NCBI GenBank assembly: GCA_963719085.1
Contig: CAVRAL010000001.1
Coordinates: 416,001 to 480,000, forward strand
DNA length: 64,000 bases
Direction: 5' to 3'
From: a candidate division FCPU426 bacterium
Lineage (GTDB): Bacteria > Oederibacteriota > Muellerivitia > Muellerivitales > Muellerivitaceae
Shown: positions 18,352 through 28,099 of the stretch, piece after piece
How the letters are laid out: every line of letters starts with the position of its first letter
Numbering within the stretch: the first letter of the stretch is position 1
Program-made: the position numbers and the translations under genes
The notes under the pieces: model-generated
The model's database searches: none
Seen by the model: the letters and a program-made list of their open reading frames with translations, nothing else
Told to the model about the DNA's origin: nothing

Positions 18352-19964
18352 TGCCGGTGTCGGAGGGTTTTTCGATTTTTCTCATTTTAGCGGGGGCCGG
18401 GATTAACCTTGTCCTGACTCCTTTGGCCATCCAGCTTTCCCACCGGTTCAACCTGATTGACCGGCCCGGCCACCGAAAAATCCACCAAGTGCCTATCCCG
18501 AAAGTCGGGGGGCTCGCGGCTTTCGCCTCCATTCTCATTTGCCTGTTGGTGGGCCTGCTTTTCGCGGGTCCCGATGGGAGTCTGTCCACTCCGGGATCGC
18601 GCAAGCTTCTTTTCATCTTAATTTTTTCCCTCGGCGGGTTTCTTTTGGGCCTGTTGGATGACTTGTTCGACCTGCGCCCGCGCCATAAATTTTTAGCCCA
18701 GTTCTTTCTGGCCGGAGCTTTCGCGGTTTTTGGCTATCGCTTCGAGGTCGTGCATGTGCCCGGGGTGCATATTTTCCACCTTTACTGGGTTTCGATTCCG
18801 GTCACGATTTTTTGGATGATGGCGGTGGTCAACGGGTTGAATTTTGCCGATATCCTGGACGGTTTGGCCGGGATGGTGTGTCTTTGCGGCTTCGTCTCTT
18901 TCGGGCTGGCTTCTTGGCTCATCCACGGGGAAATCACCGGCCACCTGTGGCTTTGCGTGGTGGGCGCGCTTTTGACCTTCCTTTTTTTCAATTGGAAACC
19001 CGCCAAGGTTTATTTGGGGGACGGCGGGGCCACCGGTTTTGGTTTTCTGCTGGCCTGCTGTTTGGTGGGGCTGGGCAATGACGCCGGACCCGCGCGTTTC
19101 ACTTTTTCCACGCCCCAGTCGAAGTCCGAGCCCTTTTGGTTCCAATTTTTCGTCGTGTCCCTCTTCGCGGGTTATCCTTTGATGGAAGCGGCCCTGTCCA
19201 CCTTGCGGCGGGGGGTGAAGCGGTTCGTGATGAACCGGTCGATGGAATTTTCCGAGCAGGAGCATATCGGCCACCGCCTCCTGCGGCTGGGGGTTCCCGC
19301 GGGCCGGATCTGCCGTTTGGTGGGGCTTTTTCAACTGCTCCTGACCCTGGCCGGATTGTTTTTAATGAGCCACGACAACGCTTTCGCCGTGCTGACGGTA
19401 TTGCCCCTCTTCATGGGCCTGTCCTTTTTTATGCCCCGCCTGGGCTTCTTTGAGTTTCTTGATCTTAAGTTCATCCGGGCGAACCAGCCCCATTACCAAA
19501 TCGCCCACCATTTCATCATGGTCCAAAAGGTGAAACTGGGGCTGGCCCAAACCCGCCAAGAAGTGCTGGCCCTGGTCAGCCAAACTTGCCGCGAGTTCGG
19601 CGTGCGCTGCGTGCGTTTTAAGATAAGACCCAACCAACAGGACCGGGGCGGCCTGCAATATACATTCCAGCAGGAAATCGCCAAGGACAACTTGGCCGGC
19701 GGCGATGAGGAATTTTACGATTATTTCGAGGGAGCCCTGCCGCGCTGCGAGGCTTTTTGGATATTCACCGCCCACACGGGTACCGAAGAATTGGACGTGG
19801 AATACCGGGTGCTGATGAATCTTTTCATTGAAAAGGCCATGGCGATTTGTGTGAGGCTGGGCGAGGGACAGGAAAATCTCGTGGTGGGGGGGTTGGTCGA
19901 CTTGCCCCACGCCAAAATCAGCGGCCATCATCTGCGGCGCCGCCGGGGACGGGGTTGGAGTTGA
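18348..19964 (+). CDS. MraY/WecA-family initiating transferase with C-terminal soluble extension
   Basis: DRPGHRKIHQVPIPKVGG, GLLDD, NFADILDGL, FNWKPAKVYLGD. Confidence 0.85.
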   Translation: MMPVSEGFSIFLILAGAGINLVLTPLAIQLSHRFNLIDRPGHRKIHQVPIPKVGGLAAFASILICLLVGLLFAGPDGSLSTPGSRKLLFILIFSLGGFLLGLLDDLFDLRPRHKFLAQFFLAGAFAVFGYRFEVVHVPGVHIFHLYWVSIPVTIFWMMAVVNGLNFADILDGLAGMVCLCGFVSFGLASWLIHGEITGHLWLCVVGALLTFLFFNWKPAKVYLGDGGATGFGFLLACCLVGLGNDAGPARFTFSTPQSKSEPFWFQFFVVSLFAGYPLMEAALSTLRRGVKRFVMNRSMEFSEQEHIGHRLLRLGVPAGRICRLVGLFQLLLTLAGLFLMSHDNAFAVLTVLPLFMGLSFFMPRLGFFEFLDLKFIRANQPHYQIAHHFIMVQKVKLGLAQTRQEVLALVSQTCREFGVRCVRFKIRPNQQDRGGLQYTFQQEIAKDNLAGGDEEFYDYFEGALPRCEAFWIFTAHTGTEELDVEYRVLMNLFIEKAMAICVRLGEGQENLVVGGLVDLPHAKISGHHLRRRRGRGWS

Positions 19965-20809
19965 GTCCGGCACTTCCCACCGATTCCGCCGGCCTGAAGT
20001 CCCTGTTGGCGCTGGCGGTGGGAGCCTCGCTTCGCGCCGGGCAAGCCATCTTGGAAATTTACGCGGACGACTTTTCCGTGGACCTGAAGGCGGACCAAAG
20101 CCCGGTCACCTTGGCCGACCGCCGTGCCCACGCGGTGATCGCCGAAGCCCTGGTTCCCGCCGGACTGCCCCTTTTGAGCGAGGAGGGAAAACCCATCCCC
20201 TATGGGGAGCGGGCGGCTTGGGAAAGCTTTTGGCTAGTGGACCCCTTGGACGGCACCAAAGAATTCATTAAAAAAAACGGCGAGTTCACCGTGAACATCG
20301 CGCTCATCCGCGGTGGCCGCCCCGTCTTGGGCGTGGTCCTCGCGCCGGCGCTGGACCAGCTCTATTTCGCCGCCGAAGGACTGGGCGCTTGGGGCGGGAA
20401 GGGGGCGCAACCGCGGAACGCGGGCTGGGAAAGTCTCCGGGATTCGGTCCAACCGTTAAATTTAAAACCCTTCCCGGCTGAAGGCGGGACCCTGCGGGTG
20501 GTGGCCAGCCGTTCCCACGCCACGCCCGAAACGGAAAATTGCCTGGGCGAATTAAGGAAAAAATACCAGGTGGAATTATTGAGTTCGGGAAGCTCGCTCA
20601 AGTTCTGCCTGGTAGCCTCGGGCCGGGCCGATTTATATCCCCGCTTCGCGCCAACCATGGAATGGGATACAGCGGCGGGCCAAGCGCTAGTCGAGCAGGC
20701 GGGCGGCGCGGTATGGCGGTGCGAGGATGGAATGCCCTTGGTTTACAATAAAGAAAACCTGCTCAATCCTTGGTTCCAGGCGGGCGGCCGGGGTTCGGAG
20801 GGGGTTTGA
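19961..20809 (+). CDS. cysQ: 3'(2'),5'-bisphosphate nucleotidase (PAP phosphatase)
   Basis: SPVTLAD, LSEE, WLVDPLDGTKEF, GSSLKFC, EWDTAAG, YNKENLLNP; TTG start overlaps the upstream stop. Confidence 0.92.
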   Translation: MSPALPTDSAGLKSLLALAVGASLRAGQAILEIYADDFSVDLKADQSPVTLADRRAHAVIAEALVPAGLPLLSEEGKPIPYGERAAWESFWLVDPLDGTKEFIKKNGEFTVNIALIRGGRPVLGVVLAPALDQLYFAAEGLGAWGGKGAQPRNAGWESLRDSVQPLNLKPFPAEGGTLRVVASRSHATPETENCLGELRKKYQVELLSSGSSLKFCLVASGRADLYPRFAPTMEWDTAAGQALVEQAGGAVWRCEDGMPLVYNKENLLNPWFQAGGRGSEGV

Positions 20810-22182
20810 AACGCTCCACGATTTCATCCAGGCGTTTGGCGTCTATGATCCCTGAAACCCTGCGGGCTTTTCTCGCCGGTCGTCCCTTCGTCCTGCCGCA
20901 GGGCCGAAAGCGCTTGCTGGGCAAGGCCACCATCATGCTGGGGGCCCGGATTCTGGCCTTAGGGTTCGCCGCCGCCGGATCAGTTTGGGCCGCCCGGTGC
21001 CTGGGTCCCCGCAACCTGGGACTTTCGGGCATGGTCTACAGCGTGGTAGGGCAGACGGTGGTTTTGTTCAACCTCGTTCATCCGACCCTGTTGATCCGTG
21101 AGTACAAAAAAAACCATAGCCCGCAAAAACAAAACCGCCTGATTCGAGTGGACACCACTTTCACCCTTCTCTTGTCCGCCGTTTTCGGTCTCTTAGGGTT
21201 GGGGCTGCAGGCCTTTGGCCAACTGCCCGTGGATTATCATTTTGCCGGATGGTTTTTCGCCCCTCTGCTGATCTTGATCACCCTTCAGCCCGGGTGGGTG
21301 TTTCAGGCCGCCGAACACCAGCATTTCCAATCCCTCATCGCCATCCTTCAGCCCTTGCTGGCCGCGGCCCTTTACTTTTCTTTTTTTAAACCGGGTATGT
21401 CCGCCGGCGCCGACCTGGCGGTCAATACCACGGTCTTTCTGGTGGTGACGACCGTCTATTGGGCCGCTCTTTACCGCTTAACGCCATTCAAGGGATTTCC
21501 GTTCAAGTGGGGTGACGTAAAGTATATTGGGGGTTTGATCCGGAAATCCCGGTGGTTTTTTATTTCGGGGCTCAGTTTTTATATTTACACGGTCCTTGAA
21601 CAGCCTTTGTTGGGGTGGTTGTACTCGGTGGAGGAATTAGGAAAGTACCGGACCGCGATTCAAGTCACCAACGTGGCGGGATCCCTGCTGGGAATTACCA
21701 GCACCTTGTTATTCCCCCGTTTTCTGGAATGGCGTAAAAAGGGGGAAGAGTTTCTCTGGGCGCGGCAGGTGAAAATCGGGGTATTGTTCGCGGGATTCAC
21801 CGTTGCGGGTATGCTGGCGACCTGGATGGTTCTACCGCCGCTTTATCCGTTCGTGTTCGGCGAAAAATTTGAGGCGGCGGCGATTCCAGCGGCCATCTTG
21901 GTCACCTCGAAGCTGGTAGCGGCCTTGGGCGCGATTTTTATCATTGGATTGAGAACCGACCATCGCTATGACAAGAGTACGTCGATCATTTATATGGGTG
22001 TGGCGTTTTTCTCCTTGGTCTCCAACCTTCTTTTAATTCCGCGGTTCGGAATGACCGGCACCGCCTGCGTGAACCTCGCCAGTCAAGTGGTCCTGCTGGC
22101 GGTTTTTTTGCGGATGTCGGCCCAGCGCATGGGGGAATACCGAAAAATAACCACCGGGGACATGCCGTTTTCGATAAACTGA
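20806..22182 (+). CDS. wzx: Wzx-type flippase (paralog of 1013..2323)
   Basis: VWAARCLGP, FQAAEHQHFQS, FFKPGMSAGADL shared with the first copy. Confidence 0.85.
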   Translation: MKRSTISSRRLASMIPETLRAFLAGRPFVLPQGRKRLLGKATIMLGARILALGFAAAGSVWAARCLGPRNLGLSGMVYSVVGQTVVLFNLVHPTLLIREYKKNHSPQKQNRLIRVDTTFTLLLSAVFGLLGLGLQAFGQLPVDYHFAGWFFAPLLILITLQPGWVFQAAEHQHFQSLIAILQPLLAAALYFSFFKPGMSAGADLAVNTTVFLVVTTVYWAALYRLTPFKGFPFKWGDVKYIGGLIRKSRWFFISGLSFYIYTVLEQPLLGWLYSVEELGKYRTAIQVTNVAGSLLGITSTLLFPRFLEWRKKGEEFLWARQVKIGVLFAGFTVAGMLATWMVLPPLYPFVFGEKFEAAAIPAAILVTSKLVAALGAIFIIGLRTDHRYDKSTSIIYMGVAFFSLVSNLLLIPRFGMTGTACVNLASQVVLLAVFLRMSAQRMGEYRKITTGDMPFSIN

Positions 22183-22363
22183 GGCTTATTTTTTAAGGAA
22201 GCCGATGACACGGCAGTTCTCGACAGTTTTCGCGGCGGGAAATTTTGGCCTTTCCGCGCTCGAAAACAAAAGGCGCTGGATGGAAGCGGGGCCTAGAATT
22301 CCCGGTCATTGTGGTTTTCGGCGGAGGGAAGGACCTGGCGGCCCTCCCGGAAAAGGGGTGTGA

Positions 22364-23269
22364 ATGGTAAATCCCAATTTTTTTATTATCGGCGCCCCGA
22401 AATCCGGTACGTCGGCTTTGTGCGTCTATTTGGGGGGGCATTCGGGCGTGTTTATCAGCCGTCCCAAGGAACCGATGTATTTTAATTTCGATCAATCGGT
22501 CAATCGGATAGATTTCAACGCTTACCGCGCCCTTTTTTTAGCGGCTGATCCGGATAAACACAAGGCGGTCGGCGAAGCCACCACGACTTACCTTTATTCC
22601 CAGTGCGCGGTTCCCGAGATATTGAGGTTCAACCCCGCGGCGAAGTTCATTGTGATGCTCCGCGGTCCGATTGATTTTGTCCAATCCTACCATTCCCAAA
22701 TGGTTTTCAACGGCGCGGAGGATATATTGGATTTTCAACAGGCCTGGGCGGCCGAAAATGATCGGCGGGCCGGACAACGGGTTCCCCCGGGCTGTCTGAA
22801 CCCCCGAGGGCTTTTTTACTCGGATAAGGGGATGTTTGGCGCCCATCTGGAAAGGCTCTTTGGCCAAACGCGCCGGGAAAAAGTAAAGGTGATTCTTTTT
22901 GAGGATTTTGCCAGCGACACGCGGCGGATTTACGAGGAAGTATTGGCTTTTTTGGATCTGCCCCCAGATGGAAGGACCGATTTTCCGAAGGTGAACGAGA
23001 ATAAACAGGTTTTTTCCCCCGGGTTTCAGCAATTTATGGCTGCTGTGGAGCGGCCCCTTCGGAAAATAAGGAACCAATTGGGCTGGGCCGGTGGATTAGG
23101 GATCCGGTCGAAATTAGCGGCCCTCAACAGCCGGCCCGCGGTCCGAAAGGCGATTTCAAACGATTTTCGCGACGAGCTTGGCCGGTTCTATGAAGCCGAC
23201 ATACAAAAGCTTTCAGGGATTTTAAATCGGGATCTCTCGGCTTGGACTTCATCCCGGGAGGTCAGTTGA
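22364..23269 (+). CDS. PAPS-dependent sulfotransferase
   Basis: IIGAPKSGTS (5'-PSB loop), KEP, GEATTTY, LRGP...S (3'-PB). Confidence 0.88.
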   Translation: MVNPNFFIIGAPKSGTSALCVYLGGHSGVFISRPKEPMYFNFDQSVNRIDFNAYRALFLAADPDKHKAVGEATTTYLYSQCAVPEILRFNPAAKFIVMLRGPIDFVQSYHSQMVFNGAEDILDFQQAWAAENDRRAGQRVPPGCLNPRGLFYSDKGMFGAHLERLFGQTRREKVKVILFEDFASDTRRIYEEVLAFLDLPPDGRTDFPKVNENKQVFSPGFQQFMAAVERPLRKIRNQLGWAGGLGIRSKLAALNSRPAVRKAISNDFRDELGRFYEADIQKLSGILNRDLSAWTSSREVS

Positions 23270-23273
23270 TCAA

Positions 23274-25421
23274 ATGAAAAATAAGGACCCTCAGAAATTC
23301 AAATCCTCCGGCCGTCGGCTCCCTCGGGGAACCTGGGGGGAGGGATTTAAAAATAAAAATATCCTGATCATCTCGTCCGACGCTTGGGGCACCAATTTCG
23401 TCAGCAAACATCATTACGCGACACTCTTGGCCCAAAATGGAAACCGGGTATTTTTTCTTAATCCGAAGACCTCCCAAAAGCTCGAAGGCGGGGTCCGGAT
23501 CACGCCGGTTTCGAGTAATCTGAGCGTAGTGGATTACAACGAAAGTTTTAAGGGAAACAGTTATGGGCCGTCTTTCCTGGCCCGCTGGCTGCAGCGGCTG
23601 GAGGTATTAAAGCTATCGGCCGCGATTGGCTGTGCTTTGGATGTGGTATGGAGTTTTGATCCTTTCCGGCTTCAGTTCCTGGAGGACTGGCAGGCTTCCT
23701 GGAAAATCTATCATCCGGTGGATTTTCATGATACGGCGCGGGAGTGGCGGGCCGCGAAAAGCGCCGATGTGATCCTGGCTTCTTCAAACCTGATTTTGCG
23801 GAAATTTAATCCGATCGATAAACCCAAAGCCCTCATTCATCACGGGTTAGCCGCCCATTTTTTAGCCCCGAAAATCAAGCGCTTGGCTTTGCCGGGGCGG
23901 TTTAAGGTCAGGGTGGGTTATGTCGGAAATTTATTGTACCGCTATATGGATTGGTCGGCCCTTTTTGAAATCATTGAAAAACATCCGCGCATCGGGTTTT
24001 ATTTCATCGGGCCTTCTGATGAGGCCAGCAATTTGGGAGGGTGGAAACCCTTCGTTGAAAATGTAAAAAGGCTCCGGGCGCTCCCCAATGTTTTTTTGAT
24101 CGGCGCGAAGCCCTCCGCTGAACTTCCGGCTTATTTGAAGTCGATGGACCTTTTTTTAATGGCTTATACCGGGAGAAAAGATTTGGAACGGTTGGCGAAT
24201 CCCCACAAAATCCTCGAGTTTTTAAGCACGGGAAAAGCGGTGGTCAGCCATTATATTGACCAATACTCGGACAAGCGAGATTTGATCTGCATGGCCGAAT
24301 CCAACGATGGGCTGCCGGCTTTATTTCAAAAGGTCGTTTCCGATCTGCCGAAATATAACTCAAAAACTCTGGCCTGGAAACGGATGGAATTTTCGGCCCA
24401 AAATACTTATTCGCGTCAACTGAAAAGGATCGAAGATATCCTCGGCGGGGCACCGAAGCGCTTGGAAGCCCCCGTTTCGGGAAAGAAAATCGGCGTGGAT
24501 GTCTGCGTGGCAACCTACCGGCGACCGGGATTATTGGCCAATCTGTTGGAGTCGTTGGCCCGTCAAGCGTTGGAGGGGATCGTTCTGCGGATCATCGTGG
24601 TCGACAACGATCCCGCTGAAGGGGCCCGTTCGGTGGTGGAAGCTTTCGAAAAAAAAAACGGTTTTGAGGTGATTTACGCTGTCGAGCCGACCCAGGGCAT
24701 TTCCCACGCCCGAAACAGGGCCTTGAAGTTTGTCCGTGGGAACTATTTTGCCTTTGTGGACGATGACGAGACGGTGGCGGAGGATTGGTTGAAAAAATTA
24801 TTGGAGGCGGCGGCGAAATATGACGCCGCGGCGGTTTTTGGGTCCATCGAAAGCGTTCCGCCCCTGGATGCCCCGGAGTGGGTCCGGAGGCATTATTTTT
24901 TCAACCGGAAAAAATTTAAGACGGGAACGGTTGTGCGGGTGGGATCGACCGCCAACGTCCTAGTAAGGCGTGAAGCCTTGAAATCGCTTTCGCAAATGTT
25001 TGATCCGGCCTTCGCGTTGACTGGTGGGGAAGATTCAGATTTCTTTTTCCGTCTTTATCTTGCGGGACAGAAGATGGTCCGCTGCCAAGAGGCTTTGGTT
25101 TATGACCATGTCGCGGCGGATCGGCTGACGCTGGCTTGGATTTTACGCCGGGGATACCGAGCTGGGCAAAGCTACGCCCGTGTTTTTGTGGGCCACCGCT
25201 CATGGCCTGGGAAAGCGGCTTGGGCCTTGGGCTGCCTGGCCCTGATGTTGGGGGGGGCGCTGGCCTTGCCTTGGGTTTGGCTGGGTTCCCGATGGGCCGC
25301 GGTGAGTCTTCTAACTCGTGTTTGTTATTACGCCGGAAAACTTTCGGTTTTATTCGGTTCAGGGCTTTATTTCCAGGAATACGCGGCCCATCGCGCCTCC
25401 GTGGAGTCATCCCATGCGTGA
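23274..25421 (+). CDS. Two-domain glycosyltransferase (GT-B domain fused to ExoM-like GT2)
   Basis: N-terminal half: GYVG, PHKILEFLSTGKAVV; C-terminal half: TYRRP, VVDND, FVDDDE, TGGEDSDFF. Confidence 0.85.
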   Translation: MKNKDPQKFKSSGRRLPRGTWGEGFKNKNILIISSDAWGTNFVSKHHYATLLAQNGNRVFFLNPKTSQKLEGGVRITPVSSNLSVVDYNESFKGNSYGPSFLARWLQRLEVLKLSAAIGCALDVVWSFDPFRLQFLEDWQASWKIYHPVDFHDTAREWRAAKSADVILASSNLILRKFNPIDKPKALIHHGLAAHFLAPKIKRLALPGRFKVRVGYVGNLLYRYMDWSALFEIIEKHPRIGFYFIGPSDEASNLGGWKPFVENVKRLRALPNVFLIGAKPSAELPAYLKSMDLFLMAYTGRKDLERLANPHKILEFLSTGKAVVSHYIDQYSDKRDLICMAESNDGLPALFQKVVSDLPKYNSKTLAWKRMEFSAQNTYSRQLKRIEDILGGAPKRLEAPVSGKKIGVDVCVATYRRPGLLANLLESLARQALEGIVLRIIVVDNDPAEGARSVVEAFEKKNGFEVIYAVEPTQGISHARNRALKFVRGNYFAFVDDDETVAEDWLKKLLEAAAKYDAAAVFGSIESVPPLDAPEWVRRHYFFNRKKFKTGTVVRVGSTANVLVRREALKSLSQMFDPAFALTGGEDSDFFFRLYLAGQKMVRCQEALVYDHVAADRLTLAWILRRGYRAGQSYARVFVGHRSWPGKAAWALGCLALMLGGALALPWVWLGSRWAAVSLLTRVCYYAGKLSVLFGSGLYFQEYAAHRASVESSHA

Positions 25422-26745
25422 CTTACAAGTCCCAGGAAAGGGTATCACGGGCAATGGGGTTTGGCTTCCCTTGCTGGTGAGCTTGGTGGGCTATTACGTG
25501 CTGAACAAGGGCTACGCTTATATCGGCTACCTGCCCATCTTCACCGGCGAGATGACCATGATTTTCTATCTGGTACGTCTGCGCCACGGAAAACTCTTGC
25601 CCGCGTTTTTCCGCACGTCGGCGGCCAAATGGTGGGCGTTGTTCTTCGCGTATAATATTTTCACTTTTTTACGCTCTGCCGCCCATGATCCCCGGGACGC
25701 GATCCAAAACAGCATTTGGTGGGTTTACACGATTTTCTTTTATTTTGGATTCTGCTTCGGCGGCAAGATTTTACGGGATAAGAACGGACCGGCCTTTGAA
25801 AAAATCATTTTAGTTACGGCTTACGCGGCCATCCTGACCGGGCTGATGGCGCCCGCGGGCAAATGGCTCCACAGTTGGAGCGCGTTCCTTTACGACGGCA
25901 ATTCATTGTTCGGCGTCTATAGCACTTATGACGCTTCTTTGAGCGGGCTCATCGGCTATTTATTCTACGCGCGTCGCACGCGATTTCACTTTATCTGGAT
26001 CGCCATGGGCCTTTTTGTGCTGGCCTTTCTACTTGAGTCAAGAGCGGGAATGCTGGAAATGATGGTCATCCTCCCTTACGCCATCTTCGTCGACCGTCAG
26101 ATCCAAATTACCCGTCGATTCAAACAAATGTTCATCGCGCTTATCCTGTTGGTCGCGGCCTTCACGGCCTTAAATATTTCCTATCAGGGAAAGCATGGAA
26201 CAGTTTCCATGCAGACCGTCGAGGACGACGCCTACTCGATCTTTTTTCAGGATGATACAAGCAATCTGGAAGGGACCAAGGACGACCGTCTCATGTGGTG
26301 GGCCAATGTCCTCAAACGAACCTGCATCAACGTCCCCACGCTTTTCTTGGGGCTGGGGGAATCGGTCATCTTAAACACGGCCATCAATGGAAAAGGCGAA
26401 GTTGACCGCTATCCGCATAATTCGTTCCTCTCGGCTTTCGGTTTCACCGGCCTCATCGGGTTGATTTTGTTTTTGGGACTTTTCTATTTGATAGGTTGGA
26501 GGATTTTTAAGGCCTCTCGAAGGGCCCGGGGAAACCTGTTATTGCGTTGGTATCCGGTCTTCGCGATTGGCTACGTGGTGGGGGCCTGTTTCAGTACGGT
26601 ATTTGAGGCCCCATTTCATAGTTTCATCTTTTGGACAATTTCGGGAATCATCTATCACTTGGCGGTGAGGAGTTTTGACCCCGCGGAACTTTCCCCTCCT
26701 TTAGAACGTCCGATAACAGAAGCCAGTTTAAAACGGAGGGGATGA
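25414..26745 (+). CDS. Wzy / O-antigen ligase family membrane protein
   Basis: Multi-TM, SRAG, R..WW, GLG, PHNSFL motif. Confidence 0.8.
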   Translation: MRDLQVPGKGITGNGVWLPLLVSLVGYYVLNKGYAYIGYLPIFTGEMTMIFYLVRLRHGKLLPAFFRTSAAKWWALFFAYNIFTFLRSAAHDPRDAIQNSIWWVYTIFFYFGFCFGGKILRDKNGPAFEKIILVTAYAAILTGLMAPAGKWLHSWSAFLYDGNSLFGVYSTYDASLSGLIGYLFYARRTRFHFIWIAMGLFVLAFLLESRAGMLEMMVILPYAIFVDRQIQITRRFKQMFIALILLVAAFTALNISYQGKHGTVSMQTVEDDAYSIFFQDDTSNLEGTKDDRLMWWANVLKRTCINVPTLFLGLGESVILNTAINGKGEVDRYPHNSFLSAFGFTGLIGLILFLGLFYLIGWRIFKASRRARGNLLLRWYPVFAIGYVVGACFSTVFEAPFHSFIFWTISGIIYHLAVRSFDPAELSPPLERPITEASLKRRG

Positions 26746-28097
26746 TGAAAAAACAAGCGTTTTTGGCCTTGGGATTGATTTTGGGGTTGAGCGGATGGTC
26801 GCGCGCCGGGGCGGATGAGGTCGCGAGCCCGGTTCCAACGGCTCCCGCGGTTTCAAGCCCAATCCCCACGCCGACCGCCACTGCGACTTCCACCCCGGGA
26901 ATCAGTGTCAAGGACGCGCCGTACAGCGCCTATGGTGACGGGGTCCATGACGATACGGCCGCGGTTTCCATGGCCTTCGCTCACGCGGCGGCCCAAGGCG
27001 GCGGACTCTATTTCCCTCCGGGTAGCTATAAGATTACCGAAACGATATTGGTATCGGCCTCGAATTTCGTATTTTCCGGCGTCCGGGGCCAATCCATCCT
27101 GACCACCGATAATTTGACCAAATTACTGCAATTAAAAGATTGTTCCAACGGAACCTTTGAGAACATTTCCTTCCAGGCGACCACTCAGGACTCGGGGAAA
27201 GAAAAAGGGGGCCATAGCCTCATCGTGGCCAACGACGCCCCGGTCAACCACTTGAATTTCCAGGGATGCTCCTTTACCACACCCAACGCGGACATGAACG
27301 GCGTTTATTTCGTCTCCCATTCGGATATTCCGAACCTGTTTCAGGGGATCCATTTCACCGATTGCGACTTCACTCATATCGGTCGTATTGGGGCTGAGAT
27401 TCAAAACTTATCCCAGTCCAAGGCCACCACCCAAAGCATCACGGACGTGGCGTTCGACAACTGCCGCTTCACGGATTGCGGAATTTTTACTTGGGGCATG
27501 GGCGTCAGCGGTTCGGCGGGCCGCTATGACTCTGGGTTGACGGTGACCGGCTGTACCTTTGACCATGTGAAATTCTGCGCCATTGAAGCCATGTTCAATC
27601 AGGTTTTGATCCAAGGAAACCGGTTCGTCAACGCCGGCAGCGATCATACAAGCCTCATCCATGTCACGCCCAAAGAATTTAACTTAAACGGCTTCAACTT
27701 CTCCCAAAACGAGTGTCCGGATGGAACTTACAACGCGAACTTTCTTTGGAACTGTTCCGCCGTCCGGTCGGAGAACAATCGTTGGGCCACCCGGGGCCGC
27801 GCCTTTTTTCTGCGGGACGATTCGGACATGATTTTTTCCAACGACACGATCCAGGTCACGGGCGGCGCGGCGATCATGGAGGACAGGCCTTGTCTGTCTA
27901 CCACCTTTTCCAACTGCCAAATCTCCAATAACGACGGCTGGATCGTCAATAGCCAGACCGGCGGGGATTCGGGAATCACCTTGGAGGACTGCACCCTATC
28001 GACCCCGGGGGGCCAGGCGTTTAAACTTCCCCGGGGAGGCACCCTCCACGCGGTGAACAATACCTTGAACGGCCAAATCGTTTCGGACATGAACTGA
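26742..28097 (+). CDS. Secreted right-handed beta-helix (pectate-lyase-like) protein
   Basis: Signal peptide, P/T linker, SVKDAPYSAYGDGVHDDTAA, LYFPPGSY, parallel beta-helix repeats. Confidence 0.8.
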   Translation: MMKKQAFLALGLILGLSGWSRAGADEVASPVPTAPAVSSPIPTPTATATSTPGISVKDAPYSAYGDGVHDDTAAVSMAFAHAAAQGGGLYFPPGSYKITETILVSASNFVFSGVRGQSILTTDNLTKLLQLKDCSNGTFENISFQATTQDSGKEKGGHSLIVANDAPVNHLNFQGCSFTTPNADMNGVYFVSHSDIPNLFQGIHFTDCDFTHIGRIGAEIQNLSQSKATTQSITDVAFDNCRFTDCGIFTWGMGVSGSAGRYDSGLTVTGCTFDHVKFCAIEAMFNQVLIQGNRFVNAGSDHTSLIHVTPKEFNLNGFNFSQNECPDGTYNANFLWNCSAVRSENNRWATRGRAFFLRDDSDMIFSNDTIQVTGGAAIMEDRPCLSTTFSNCQISNNDGWIVNSQTGGDSGITLEDCTLSTPGGQAFKLPRGGTLHAVNNTLNGQIVSDMN

Positions 28098-28099
28098 GG

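Noticed and set aside
24649..25257. A10 and G8 homopolymers in the fused glycosyltransferase as phase-variation tracts
   Set aside because: The gene is in frame and 7-8 nt runs are common across the window; read-level length variation would be needed
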